Positions 12,464-25,070 are shown, numbered from the whole stretch's first letter. The stretch is 61,353 nt of DNA, filler included, from Sphacelaria rigidula (GCA_964200075.2; 11 parts of 11 records of this genome joined end to end with filler, not necessarily neighbours in it); one strand, 5' to 3'. The notes: a model not told the origin generated them from the letters alone. Translations and numbers: made by a program.

Positions 12464-14752
12464 GTCGGCACAAGTTGCAGGTCGAGAACGTGATCGGTGG
12501 TGTGCATGGTGTTGCTCGGTGTGGGTGCCTTGCGGGCCCCATTGTACGACGATATGAGGCGACTACGCTTGGTGTTCCAGCGCACCACCGCGCCCAGGGC
12601 ATAGTATATGGAGTGTTTAACCCGCTTGAAAAAGAAGCATCTCATTTACTTTCATCGCACTGGAGAACACCACAATTGTTTGCATGCATGTCTGGCGGCG
12701 CAGCTGATGGGTTTGAAATTTGAAAACTCCGTCATGACCACAATAAAAAGTGCAGTAGAATACGCTGATGCAATGTATGGTTTACAGACAGTATACCCGT
12801 ACCGTAATACTACATAACCGCATATGATATGCGGCGTGATCAGGGCGTAACCGCATCATCTCATGTTTATTTGACTGCTTTCCTCAGGCAAACCACCGTT
12901 TTTCAGTGCAACTTGAGGTGTGGATTTCTCGCCTGTGACTGTGTGTTCCATCATGGAAATTTGCCCACTAGTTGGTCACAACACAGGCAGCATATGCTCG
13001 GAGCATCTACGCGATTGGGCCTGGAAACACCGTACAACATGGCCCGAGCCCATTGTGGGGAATACCGTCCATGCGCTCTCAAATCAGCCATGCAGCTGCC
13101 CACACTTCGCGCACTACAGGTGAAAGCATATGTGCACGCGCAGATGCACAAACTTGGACATTTAGCGCGGCTGGGCGGCCGATGTGGTAAAAAACTGGCA
13201 CCAGTCTGTACTACAATCCTGTCTGGATCATCACCATCTGTAGTGTACCGATCGTCACACAGTCTGTAGAGCTGCGCAGTTCATGACGCGCGACCATACG
13301 CGCGCTGTAGCCGCTGCGAGGCGTTGAAACGTTGCTCCTATGTTGTAAAAACCAGTCAATAGTTCCACGTCGCTATATCTGGTATTGTGTGCTGCAGGAG
13401 TGCGCACTGGAGGGAAGAATGGTCAGATTCTGTTCCGATTTTTATTTTTATCTCTACGCGCAACACTGTTTCACGCGCAATGTGTATCATTTACGTGTAT
13501 CATTTCACATTTCACCGCTTTTGCCGAGTTTTCTCTGGCGGCAAGGCATTTTTTCCCACACGTCCTATTTCAGCGCACCGAGAAGGCTCAGCGGTATATA
13601 TCATTATATTTATGAATATATCAAGGGGCAGTATATATACTATATTATTTTTTTATATTGATATGATAATATTATATTATCCCCTTAAATTGTATATTAT
13701 ACAAGGATCGGACGGGGCCGCCGATCGGCGGCCCCACCCTCCACAAAGTCGTGGGAGGGAATTAATTTATATCGGGAGAGATTAAAGGGAATGACTCCTA
13801 CCAAGAGGTTGAGCCAGAGATTTGACGTGTGTATCGATTATGAAACTGTGCTATATGTGATGACTAGAAGAATAGGGAAGATCTGGGATGGGTGTGGCAT
13901 GATAGGTGTTAAGGAACGCGAACGTTGAGAGCGCGGAATGGTGGATGAAACGCACTTAATTTTGTTCCACGTATCAAAAGTGTGAAGAACGCGGAAGACC
14001 CGAGTGTATCATAGACAATGCGTTCTGATTAAAACAAAAGCTGAAATATGGAGGGAAAAGTGGACTTGTGTTCCAAAAGTAGGAGTTTGCTCAGAAGTTG
14101 ATATTGTGCTTACGACAGAGCAACATCTCCAGTGGTTGACATTCGCTCCAACATATACCTATACAACATTCGACATGTCACGATGAAGCTACTGTATAGT
14201 ACATGAGTAAGCGAAAAGGACGCGACTTCATATATACTGTGGTAGTGACGGACCACATGAACAAATACCCCCGCGAGAAAAACGTCTGATGTGTGTGTGT
14301 GTTTTATCATCCCTTCTATTCTGGACGATGGTTTACACCTTTCGGTGTATATATGTGGGCGCATCAGCCGGGGTCACACAGGAGGAGGGTCCACACAGGA
14401 GCTTCTTTTCTAAACAATTTTTTAGTACCCCACCTCCCTTCTGCGGTGCTTGCCTTTACTTGTTATCGCGAGAGGAGTTCAGCAGTCCCTTTCCCTCGTC
14501 GACCGTGAAGTCGAATTTTCTGTACCCACGACATAGTCGCCCTACACTGTTGGGCATGGTGTGAGGGGAAGACGTTTATCGTGAAAACAACTGCTTGCCA
14601 ACAAATGCACAAAGTCAAGACGGAAAAGTAGCACACGCGGGCAAAGGTCTCCTCTGTGGGTGAACTGCGTAGGCCGAGTGCAGGGTACTCGGATGACCCA
14701 GTTTACCGGATTGTGTGCAAAGTCACTTTTCATACACTGTGAAGAACCTGAG

Positions 14753-14876
14753 CAGGGTTATCCCTATCTCAAGGATGAAAGTCCTGTTTCAGGGACATCC
14801 CTTTGCGTAGGCCCTGCGTAGGGGGCTCATGATGCCCCTGTAACAGGACTTTCACCCTTGAGACAGGGATACCCTG
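14753..14876. mobile_element. 124-bp hairpin MITE with CAGGG…CCCTG ends
   Basis: Arms of ~46 bp (14753-14799 and 14831-14876) with few mismatches; flanked by an imperfect 13-bp direct repeat. Confidence 0.7.
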
Positions 14877-16523
14877 TGAATAACCTGCGCCATAATGTTC
14901 GGGTAAATTACAGGATCCCAGGCATGCAGTCGGATGATTTGGGGTTCCACTGGAACGCAAGTGAGCCCGGTGTATATAGCAGTGAGCACCTGCACAAACT
15001 GGTGCGTATACGTATATAGGTCATCAGCTTGCCAAGTCGCGCGGAAACCCTCCCGTGCAGGCATACGCCTGGGGGGTACTCAAGTTCTCGTGCCTAGTTA
15101 AACAAACAGATGAATATGGGGTGCAAATACATGTGCGATGGTTAATTTTCAATAACATGCCTCACTTCAAATTGTCGGCGAAAGGAAATATTCGAATGTA
15201 TATTATTTAAGTCACCACGTCGAAGCAGCAAGAGGTGCTGCATTCAGTAAGAACGGTGAGTCGTTTCCCTAAACACACACGGACCCACGACACTCTAACG
15301 TATACACTATAATAGTGTGTTTTGGTTATTGAACGAAAAAAAACGCCCGACTTGTCGACTGAAAAAAAATGAATGTGTTATTTAAACCACTATACATACG
15401 TCGAAACCAACTACGACACACGATAATATGATTGCACCACACAATACCCCTACGCCAAATGTGTAACTGTATAATACGCACATGTGGAAGAGGAGCTGAA
15501 GGCGCACCAGGAAACCTTCGCAAAGCAACCGGCGTCGCTCCCCCAGTATGTATCTTCATTACGAAGAAGTAATGCATTTTTGTACAACCTGCAAGTCGAA
15601 ATGTCCCCTAACAGTTGCGTATCAACCTCCGATTCTACAACGACAATGAAAGTACGGAGAAAGCTAAACCGAGGACATCTATTGACTCTGGCAACATCTC
15701 AGTACATCTACGAATAGCTCTGAGAAAAACACAGCTATCACTGCTGAACACAAACTCTTGCTTACTGTGTCAAATAATGGATACTGAAAGCAAGACACAG
15801 CATAAGGTCACGGGAGTTGACCGCGCCGGACGGATGGCTGCAAACAGGTAACGACAAACAGCGTCTATGATTGTTGTTGATTGAAATCGTGGCAAAGAAA
15901 GGCCTGCGAAAAAAGCGCCGGGCGGTAAGCTGGAATTGTTTGTCGTTCTTGCTTACGCTCTTACTGATTGGACGCCTATGCTGAAAGGAAAACTAGTCGC
16001 GTTGCCGCTTGGACGTGAGTACGTTGCACATATACTTGGGTCAACGTGGAATCTTGTCTTCGTCTAAGATGAACGGTGATGGAAAACCATTGCACAGCCT
16101 GATCAACCTTACGTTATTATGTGTATTGCGCAATATACAGCCACACATTTACAGCAACATGGTCCAAAGAAGACTCTAGCCCGAAGGGAACAGATACGCT
16201 CTTCTTGCGTTCTGCAGTCTGGTATCACCTGTGTTCATCGCGTGAATGAATGTATAGTTGAAATTTACGTTTTTTAAAATCAAATTTACGTTTTCTAGAA
16301 TCAAAGTGTCAGATCCGCTATCAGGGCTCCGCGTATTGCCTATTATTACGCGCATACTTTCAGGCACTGACTGCTTGGGTCGAAGGTCGAATCTCGCACT
16401 CGTGGACCGTGAACGGTGATGGGAAAACATTGCACTATCTCATCAAGCTTTCGAAAATTAAAAAAGTAGCAGGGTGACGTCGAGCTCAAGGGGTTTGTTA
16501 AGTCTACTGTTCAAAGAGTAGGT

Positions 16524-16661
16524 CTAGGTGTCCCGCTTGGAGCGTTCACACGTAATCTTAGTTAGACATATTTTGAACGCGTAATCTTAGTTAGACATAT
16601 ATATATATATATGTCTAACTAAGATTACGTGTGAACGCTCCCGTGCAAGCGGGACACCTAG
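16524..16661. repeat. Inverted repeat centred on (TA)n at a scaffold end
   Basis: CTAGGTGTCCCGCTTG…CACACGTAATCTTAGTTAGACATA is mirrored by TATGTCTAACTAAGATTACGTGTG…CAAGCGGGACACCTAG. Confidence 0.75.
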
Positions 16662-16820
16662 NNNNNNNNNNNNNNNNNNNNNNNNNNNNNNNNNNNNNNN
16701 NNNNNTTAATTAATTAANNNNNNNNNNNNNNNNNNNNNNNNNNNNNNNNNNNNNNNNNNNNCAGCACCCCCGTCCACGTGCAAGGGGGGGGGGGGGGGGG
16801 GGGGGGGGGTGGGGGGGGGA

Positions 16821-17296
16821 GTACTTATGATCTTGATCTTGATGCCATAGTCATATGACAATTAACCTCGCATCCCTACAAAGCCGGGACGGAGAACCTC
16901 GCTGGATCAGGCTCGCAATCGATCACCAAGCGCGAAGCGCCGTGATGTGCTCGGCGAGTCGCACGAAGGGTGAGCTGCATCCTGTCAAGATTTTTCGGCT
17001 TGAAGCCTGCCTACTGATTATCTTGCGTTTGGATGGCAGCCTGCAATGAGTTGCTTCATTCTGTGATATCACCATCTCCGGAGACAGTCACGGCTTATAT
17101 ACTGCCTCATGGGTGTCTCACCATGTAAACCCTTGGCGTGGAATTGAGGCTCTCCCACCCCGCACAGTGTGATCTGACTCGACCACCATCATGGTTACCG
17201 CAAAAAACGCGAGCGAGAAGAAAACGGTAACCTGGTTGCCGACCTTACGCAGTTAGTGGCGTATTTTACAGCGTCATTGCCAACCGACGCCAACCC
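16821..17296 (-). mobile_element. Full-length ~480-bp SINE-like element ending in a GTAC tail; abuts poly(G)
   Basis: Homologous to 43822-44320, 33695-33983, 41521-41760 and 58743-59058; 3' end lies next to the G-run at 16784-16819. Confidence 0.85.
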
Positions 17297-17744
17297 TAAA
17301 AAGCGGGGGGAGAGCCACAGTACTTTCAATCCTCCCGACTCTCATTGAATCGACCGTTCCTGCGCTATATTTCGAGGGAGTCGCTGTTGCGCGGTCGTAT
17401 TGTGTCACACGGAAGTCGGTATCGCATTGAAGTCATGAGACGATGCGCGAGCGGGTTTCAAACCTAGTGTCGGTGACAGTCTCACAACCCACGGCAACAT
17501 GGTCTCTATATTTGTACACCCAGTTTACACGAAGAGCAGCGATTTGCGGCTAGCGTATCTCGTTTGAAGCGTACTTTAGAGAGATTGAATGGAGCAGGTT
17601 TCAGCATAGGTGCACGAACACCGACGAGAAACGTAGTCCATCACTGGTGGACGTCAACGGAGACGTCGCGCATCCTCCAGGAACTAGTGCTATCCCAAGC
17701 TCATCTACGACTGCGTTCTGTAGGTAGATAGCTGCTCCACTGAC

Positions 17745-17895
17745 CTGTTGGGTAGGTCATTCCTGGTAGCCAAAACACCTTGGGCATCGCAGTCATTGCC
17801 CAGTCCCTAATCTGATCTGCCCTCACGATCAAATCTCTCATCCACGACCCCAAGGGTTTCAAGGATGGATAGCACTTAGACCACGATTGCGGCAC
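17745..17895 (-). CDS. DNAH2: Axonemal dynein heavy chain (DNAH2-like), exon 6 of 6 visible
   Basis: VPQSWSKCYPSLKPLGSWMRDLIVRADQIRDWAMTAMPKVFWLPGMTYPT(G); AG/GT borders; 151 nt, in phase with the previous exon. Confidence 0.9.
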
Positions 17896-18359
17896 CTGCG
17901 AGGGATGCAGAAGTGAGTTCGTTCGGTGTCGTTTTTGATGAAGGGCTTGGGATTCTGTCTTGACACCGTTTTGTGATGTAGCATCCGCTCGCAGTTGACA
18001 GGCTCATTGAGGCATGACCAAACAGGCACACATCCATTGTTTTCTGGTTGGTCAGGACATATATCGTTGTCTTTTTTTCCCCATCAACGGTGCTAATATT
18101 TATTGCCGGCCGTATCTATTAAACCCAATTGTTGTTAGTGTTGATGATCACATGGCACTGCGGTGCACAGCTCCTAAGCTCACAAGACGTCCACGGCCGA
18201 TGTTTCCCTGTACGTTGGATGTCAAGGTCAGGCTGTCGACATGCTGCGCATGCATACTTCGTCGGATAGGACACGCATCATATTCGTTCAGCGACGCGGA
18301 GAACGATAGTACACGACAGCAACGTGTACCGTTCGTGATTTGCCACGCTGTTCGCGCAC

Positions 18360-18480
18360 CTTCCCCTGCAAAAGTGCCTGTGATATGTCCTCCAACTCCG
18401 GGGTGACAACCACCAATCCTTTCACCGCCTTCTTCAGGGCTGCGAGCTGCCTGGCAACCGCCATTAGTAAGGTGTTATAC
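18360..18480 (-). CDS. DNAH2: Dynein heavy chain (DNAH2-like), exon 5
   Basis: (R)YNTLLMAVARQLAALKKAVKGLVVVTPELEDISQALLQGK; 121 nt, phase 2 in and phase 0 out. Confidence 0.9.
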
Positions 18481-18865
18481 CTGAAGTTTGGGAGAAGTAA
18501 GCGGTATGAATTCGCCTCTGGCGGCATCAGTAGTGCCCAACAGTGTCAAGATTTTGGAAGAGTTGTTAAATGCTTGCAATGCTTGAACTTTAGACGGTTT
18601 GATGTGAATTAGAACAGGGTTAACGCGGAGACGGCCGAAATGATTACCAAATGCCGATGTCATTAAATAAATGAGACCGCAGAATTTTTTCCCACACGGC
18701 ATCAACACTTGATGACTTGTTCGACAGGTACCCTATGTGAGCATTTGGATAGGGTTGGGGTGATTTCTCCCGCAACGTTGTGCGTGCGATACTCCGTGTG
18801 TCCGATACAACAGACTTCAGGGACGGGATACATCTTGACAAACTTGTGGCGATGCTACTAATCAC

Positions 18866-18939
18866 CTCTCGGCCTCTTGCAGTAGCACGGTTTTCATGGG
18901 ATCCGGATCCGGACGTGCCATGAGCGCGTTCTTCACATC
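18866..18939 (-). CDS. DNAH2: Dynein heavy chain (DNAH2-like), exon 4
   Basis: DVKNALMARPDPDPMKTVLLQEAE(R); 74 nt with AG/GT borders; not in the ORF track. Confidence 0.88.
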
Positions 18940-19244
18940 CTGTAAAGATTAGCAGAAACTAATGTTGAATAGTAAAGTCAGTGCAAATCCAGCCAGCCTA
19001 GGGCTGATGGCCGTTCGAATGAAGAGGTTGCGCACATCGGTGAATTGATTCAAGAATACGCTGGATTCCACACACGGAACTTCAACCCACAAACGGAACT
19101 TCAAACGTCAACGCGACATGTTTGATCCCCGGTGGTATCAATGAACACTCCGTTTGCAACGCTAAACACATTTTACGCATGGTTGATGAATCGAATAGAT
19201 AACGAGAACGCTCGTGTAGAAAGATATTGTTGACCTTTTCGTAC

Positions 19245-19355
19245 CTTGATGTTGAAGGGTTTGGGGACCTGCTCCGCCAATAGGTCAGCTTGTTTGCTGA
19301 TTTTCTGTTCGTTTGTCTCCCCTCCTTCTGACACTGCCTTCGGTGCCAACGAAAC
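19245..19355 (-). CDS. DNAH2: Dynein heavy chain (DNAH2-like), exon 3
   Basis: VSLAPKAVSEGGETNEQKISKQADLLAEQVPKPFNIK; 111 nt, phase 0/0. Confidence 0.88.
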
Positions 19356-19842
19356 CTGCCATGAAAATATTGAATGAAGGGGTGGATTTGGCTTCAGCCA
19401 CACCACCAACATACTGCAGTGATGACACGGGCTTGTTTTTTTCGCCGGCAACAAGTTCCACAACAAGGGCTACTAACGCCCTCTAGCACAACGTTAACGT
19501 ATACTATCACCAGCATTACTACTACCGCCAGCAACACCACTACCACTACTGCTCCCAGCTACTGCTGCTACTGTCGCTACTGCTGCTACTGCTACTGCTA
19601 CTATTACTTGCCGTTTCTATTGCATCATTATAACCGGTATTCCGGCATATCTTTCCTCTAACCCCGCCTTCCTCGAGACGAGTCGGTAATCTCAAACGAT
19701 CTCGTCATTCCTCCGCACCTCCTTTCAATCTATAATCGAGCATTGGAGCAGCACCCCCACATCCCGCCCAAATGCATCGTGTTTCTCATCCGATTCCCGT
19801 TCTCACGCTTCCCACGACGGAAGCCATCACAATAGTGAATCC

Positions 19843-19999
19843 TGTCGGGATTCGAATCCATTTCCCCACTGAAACTGGCCGATCATGAACCAATTTTACC
19901 ACCGGCACGCAGCGGTCATGAGCATGAAAAAAAAGTGCCGGGGTCATACTGGTACACCTACGACCAGTTTGTGCGGGGTAATGGATTCGAATCCCGGCA
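19843..19999. mobile_element. Two tRNA-derived SINE heads, head-to-head, in a dynein intron
   Basis: Minus 19908-19843 and plus 19935-19999 both read GTGCCGG.GGT.A.A.TGGT…ATGGATTCGAATCCCG (A-box-like and B-box-like motifs). Confidence 0.55.
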
Positions 20000-20179
20000 A
20001 ACGTGGTATTTTGGTGCAGATTTCTGATTGCCACCCTCGGGAGCACGAGGACGTGGGTATCAGGACAAGATATCAGTGGAAGTCGACGGGCTGCGGGATA
20101 GTCCTGATACAATGCCCGAAACCAAATTATCAGGCACTGGGATGTAGATATCCATCTGAGATATGGATATGCATCTGTT

Positions 20180-20372
20180 TATTTTTTTGTTACGACTTAG
20201 TCTGCTACGTTGTTCTGTTCAATTTTTTTTCTTTCTTCTTTTTTCTGTTCCTTCTTTTCCTCAGAGCGTGCTTCAGGTTCGTTTTTGTTGGGTACGTCTA
20301 TCATGAGACGACGGCTGGACCCTGGGGGGTCAGTTATAGTGCGACAGTCAATCAATCAATCAATCAATCAAT
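20180..20372 (+). mobile_element. RTE-like 3' end with (TCAA)n tail
   Basis: GTTGGGTACGTCT…GGCTGGACCCTGGGGGGTCAGTT…GCGACA followed by (TCAA)n; matches the minus strand of 57779-57890. Confidence 0.75.
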
Positions 20373-20375
20373 AAT

Positions 20376-20940
20376 TTAGGATATGGACATCCATTTGGAA
20401 GATTGATATCCCGTTAAAATATGGAAGTCAGTCTGGGATATGGGCATCTCTGGTTGATCTCCGAGGTGGAAATCCATGTCCCAGATGGGTTTCCCAGATG
20501 GATCTAATACCCCACATACACATCGACATCCCAGATGGATGTTCCAGATAGACATGTTATCCCAGAATGAGGTTGCGCGATAATGCAAGGTTCCCAATAC
20601 GATGCAGTGACGCTAGGGTAACCACAGTATATCAGACGACGGCGCTGACACCACGCGCAGCTACCGACTGTGATGGACCGTAGTAAAAGTTGAACGGGTC
20701 TACACATCATTCCACCGACGCACAAAACCAAAGATGGTCCACAGCAACACCACCACCACTATTCCTGCTCCCAGAGCCATATCCAAGGTGGATATCCACA
20801 TCCCAGACTGATATACCAGAGGGATGTCCACATCGAAGATGGATATCCCACATGGACGTCCATATCCCAGGCAGGTATTCATCCGGGATGTGATATCTTA
20901 CGTTGGCAGCCACCCGGGATGGTCACGTCCCAGATGGAGA
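20376..20940. repeat. Degenerate element with many GGATATGGACATCC/CCCAGATGG-type short direct and inverted repeats
   Basis: Motif recurs more than 10 times in both orientations; also present at 20137-20177. Confidence 0.55.
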
Positions 20941-21035
20941 TTGCACGGCAACGCAATACCGCGGCTGTGTTTCGGGGTTTCAATGTCGACACTATGTTTG
21001 GCCAGAACCGTTTACCCTGAACACGAGTGTCTCAC

Positions 21036-21146
21036 CATGGTTCCGAGCAAGGCATTCGTGTCCTCTATGAGACTTGTGATGTCGGCGTTCACGTGCTGGC
21101 CGAAAGCGGCAGGGTGGTCAGACTTGGGGAAGCGCTTGATGAACTC
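21036..21146 (-). CDS. DNAH2: Dynein heavy chain (DNAH2-like), exon 2
   Basis: EFIKRFPKSDHPAAFGQHVNADITSLIEDTNALLGTM; FGQHxNAD is typical of DNAH2/I1-beta; 111 nt. Confidence 0.92.
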
Positions 21147-21591
21147 CTGTTCACAAACGGCGTATTCCGAGGGGAAAAAACACGCAGCCAAGATTCGTCG
21201 TGGTAAAGGAAATGGCTCGAGCCACAAGAAGTTCCTTCGAAATAGGCAACCGCCGAATGAACCAAAGGAATTTCCTCACAGATATCATTGGGGTGGCATT
21301 TGTTTCGTCTCCACTGTTGCCGCACAGACAGTTATTGTACGCAATTTTGCGCACACGCACTTGGCGTCAGCAAACCAATCGATGATCCCATTCAGGAAGT
21401 GTCTGATAGAACCAGACTCCAAAGTTGACTCTCAAGATACCGTCGACGCATACGCGGTATCAGTACGGTAAGTATGATTCGAAATTTTCACATTCGCGTT
21501 GGTAATCCACGCATCAACACTGACCTAATAGTCTCAAAGTCTCAGTGAGCGTGAAGGCGAAAAAAAGCGACCAAACGAAACCTGGTCGCAC

Positions 21592-21712
21592 CTTGTATGA
21601 CTGCAGGTCGCCATCGGGAGGAACGTAGTACTCCTTCAGCTCAGACAGGGGATAGTTTTGTTCCTCAATTGCTGCAGGACAGAAGAATTGGTTCATGTAC
21701 ACATTGACGAGC
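21592..21712 (-). CDS. DNAH2: Dynein heavy chain (DNAH2-like), first visible exon (AAA6 lid region)
   Basis: (R)LVNVYMNQFFCPAAIEEQNYPLSELKEYYVPPDGDLQSYK; 121 nt, AG/GT borders. The gene continues beyond the scaffold on both sides. Confidence 0.9.
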
Positions 21713-24700
21713 CTGTCGTGTGGACACACGAAAGAGCGAGGAGGCACATGATCAGGGGTATGGGCAGCGATGGAAGAGTTCATGATTATGGGCATGGAAA
21801 ATGAAAGGTTAACGCATAGAAAAATAGAATATCCCCGGCAACACACGTACGTACTTTGCCTGCTTCGAGTTGGGGAGCTTCCCACCCTTCTGAAACAATC
21901 AGGGGAACGATCTCAGCTACACCATCAGAAGTTTCTTGGCCAAGCATTAACATTTGTTTTTGCGTTATCTCAGCTATTGCTGTAAGTCAGAAGCATACCA
22001 CTTCCTGGCGCAATCATGTGTCTAACTGATGCGTACGTCCTAAAAGCGACAGAAAATCATGGCCGTGAATATTTCTGCCGCGGTGTTGGCCACGTGGCTT
22101 TTTCACGAGGCGACTCTCATCGCTATTGATCTTGTCGGTCTTACATCACAATGGCGTCGTCTACACTGCCAGAGCCATGCTGCCATAGGGGGGGGGGGGG
22201 GGCGTACTCTTTTTTTTTTTGCATTAGTTATTTTACCATTGACCCCGCNNNNNNNNNNNNNNNNNNNNNNNNNNNNNNNNNNNNNNNNNNNNTTAATTAA
22301 TTAANNNNNNNNNNNNNNNNNNNNNNNNNNNNNNNNNNNNNNNNNNNNCATTTGTCTTGAATTCAGGTCATGGAAAGCACGGCTTTTGAGTTGAACCCCA
22401 TTTTTTGTTTCAACCCCATTTTCGAGAATCCACTGTTGTTCCGTGCTAAACGGATACGATGATACATCGAAAATGCCATCATTACCATCCACACCGTTGC
22501 CAAGCCAATGGAATTCTCTCCTGTTCCCATCCAGATCATTACCGACCAAATCATAGTCTCACGTTCCCGTCCAAATAAACCACCGAAATCTACAAACGGG
22601 CGTTGTTTTTAGCCCCTCCGATGCTGTGCGATTCATCTCTTCTTCCTCAGAGCCGGCGGATCGTTCCATCGCCTGCGCCTCTTCTTGAACACCAACCACC
22701 ACCATATCCCGCACCTCATCGCGGCGCCGTTCCTCTCCACTCATAGTTTCCTTCCCGGGCTTGTCTGTTGCCGATGCCCTGGGGCCGCGGCGATACAAAA
22801 ACAGTGGAGAAGTAGTGATGTACTCGTGGTGCATTCAAGTATTTAGGGGCATAGTGGAGCACATACAGCTGCGGATTTCAAATTCTGCGCGCGCATAGTG
22901 TCAGACAAAAATGAGTACGGCTGGCCGCGAAAAGTACTTGGTGAAAAAATACATGGCGTCGTTGTTGCCTTTCGACCTTCGGGTGAGATGCTTGCTTGCC
23001 ATACGTTTCAACGCTTGTCCGCCTCGGTACGGGGTATGATCATGAAGGCGATCGAGCACAGAATGATAGGCATAGATACGATCATGTCCTCGCGGCTGGC
23101 TGCTGCGGTTTGCATGCCAGTGGGCATCTCGCATCTTCAATCAATTCTGATAATACTGTACTATGTGTATGTAGTCACGTGACGCGGCAAATTCGCAGCG
23201 GATCAGGTTGAAAAAATGGGTAGCGTAGACGGTAGACAAGCAGGCGCCAAAGGAAATACAAAACACAGCTAGCTGCCGTGGAGGGCTGGTCGCTACTCAA
23301 CGCCTCGAACCTTATCCACGCTGGGCGGGCTGAGCTCCAATGCTGCGACTTTATTGGCACCCATGTATAGCCACACCCGAATCACGCGGTCATAACACCC
23401 AACACCCTCCATCCATGTCACCAATTTTTGTAGATGCGAAGTGAACACACTTGCTTGGGCTGAACCAGCGGCATTTAGACCGCTTGACTGCCCCTGTGCT
23501 CTGCCCACCAGCGTTCCTCCTCTCTACGGCCAGCACCGTGGCCGTGTCCACCTCTTGCGAGCCATCATCGTTCGGGTGTAAACATTTATCAAAGCATTAC
23601 CCCATCGTGAACTGCAGTGCCTGTTGCGGTAGTTATGCTGCTGTGATATTGCACACCGATCGGATCTGCCTCCTTGTGACTTACCTGCCCGTTGGAGAGC
23701 AATTTGGTTGATTGTTGCGACTTGCGCCTTGCACAAGACAGCAGATGGGGGGCAACTGATGCAGGAATATATACACCTTTGAGAAAGACGCGTGGGAGAA
23801 CACCCTGCTTGGCTGGGGGCTGTCTAGGCGTTAGCTGTTCGCGCTTGCTATCTCCCGTCCTTGTCGACAGTTATCGCTTCGCAGTGGACTATTGAAAATG
23901 ACAGTGGGTATGGTGTGTTTGCGGGTGAGTGTGAACCCGATAAAGTACTGATATTTCGCCGCACTTTGTCTGGACCAAAAATACACTTTGAAATTCGGTG
24001 TAACGGACAACCGTCGTCGCGCCTTGAACGAAGCTCTCAACCAGGTGGCAAGCACTATAGTAGTCCTACAGCACATCCCCAAAAGTTTCGAGTACCTGGT
24101 GCCCTGTACGATGCACACTGCATGACGAAACGTTGTTACATGCATCTGTCCTCGACGAGTGCGCTATCGCTCATGGGTGCCTACTCCACAGTCTCCCCTG
24201 CACCCAATTGTCTCCGTAGCGTTCAGTCAGCGCCACCTTAAAGTGCACGTGTAGAGTCTATCCACGACGGTTTTTCAACGATTCATCACTGTCACCAACG
24301 TTCCACTAAGGCCGCGATAGATTTACGTTGCGAGATTTGATGTGTATTATCCTTGTGTAGCACTGCTTTCTAGTCTTGATCAGAGAAAACTGGAGAAAGA
24401 GTACACTAATGTCAAACTGTTCTGAAACGGCATCAGGGTATCGCCACTATAACGCTCTCACTACACACCCCACCATGTATGATTCTTTTGAGGATGCTGT
24501 TTTTAGCAGTGGCAAGGGCGAGGGAAGCCATGATAGTGGTTGTAGTAGTAGTAGCTGGCGGTTGTGGCGTCGGCGAGAGAGGTCATAGCGGCGACCGAGA
24601 CGAGCAGCTCGTTTCTCCGGACGGTACTACGAGAGCATGGATTGGGGTTCCGTTGCAAGCAGCTTCGACGGCGTGATTCGACTTCTGACTGCTGCCGAGA

Positions 24701-24963
24701 TAGCCCCCCCCCAAACCGGCCAAAAACGTGCACGGAGGCGATGATCATAACTNNNNNNNNNNTGCAAACGAGCCCAATAGTGGGATCGTAGCCGGTTCGT
24801 TGGATGGTGCCGGTGCACGTTTTGTGGGGGGACTATCTCGGCATTAGTCTTCTCGGCCGCCGACGCGATTGCCATCGTGGCGGACGCAACGCGATCGAAG
24901 TTGGTTTACCTTCGAGCCGGTACCTATTGACTGCAAGGGTTCTCTCTATTCGTATGAACGTGC

Positions 24964-25070
24964 CATGACTGGATGTATGCCTGCGTGCTGGTACAGAGGA
25001 ACGGTACTCGAAACAACGTTCCAATGACTGGATGTATGCCTGAGTGCTGGTACAGAGGAACGGTACTCGG
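24964..25070 (+). repeat. Two-copy ~59-bp tandem duplication
   Basis: ATGACTGGATGTATGCCTG.GTGCTGGTACAGAGGAACGGTACTCG occurs twice. Confidence 0.85.

Noticed and set aside
16524..16661. Terminal palindrome as a hairpin telomere or replicon end
   Set aside because: It ends exactly at a scaffold break around (TA)n and cannot be distinguished from a MITE or an assembly artefact.
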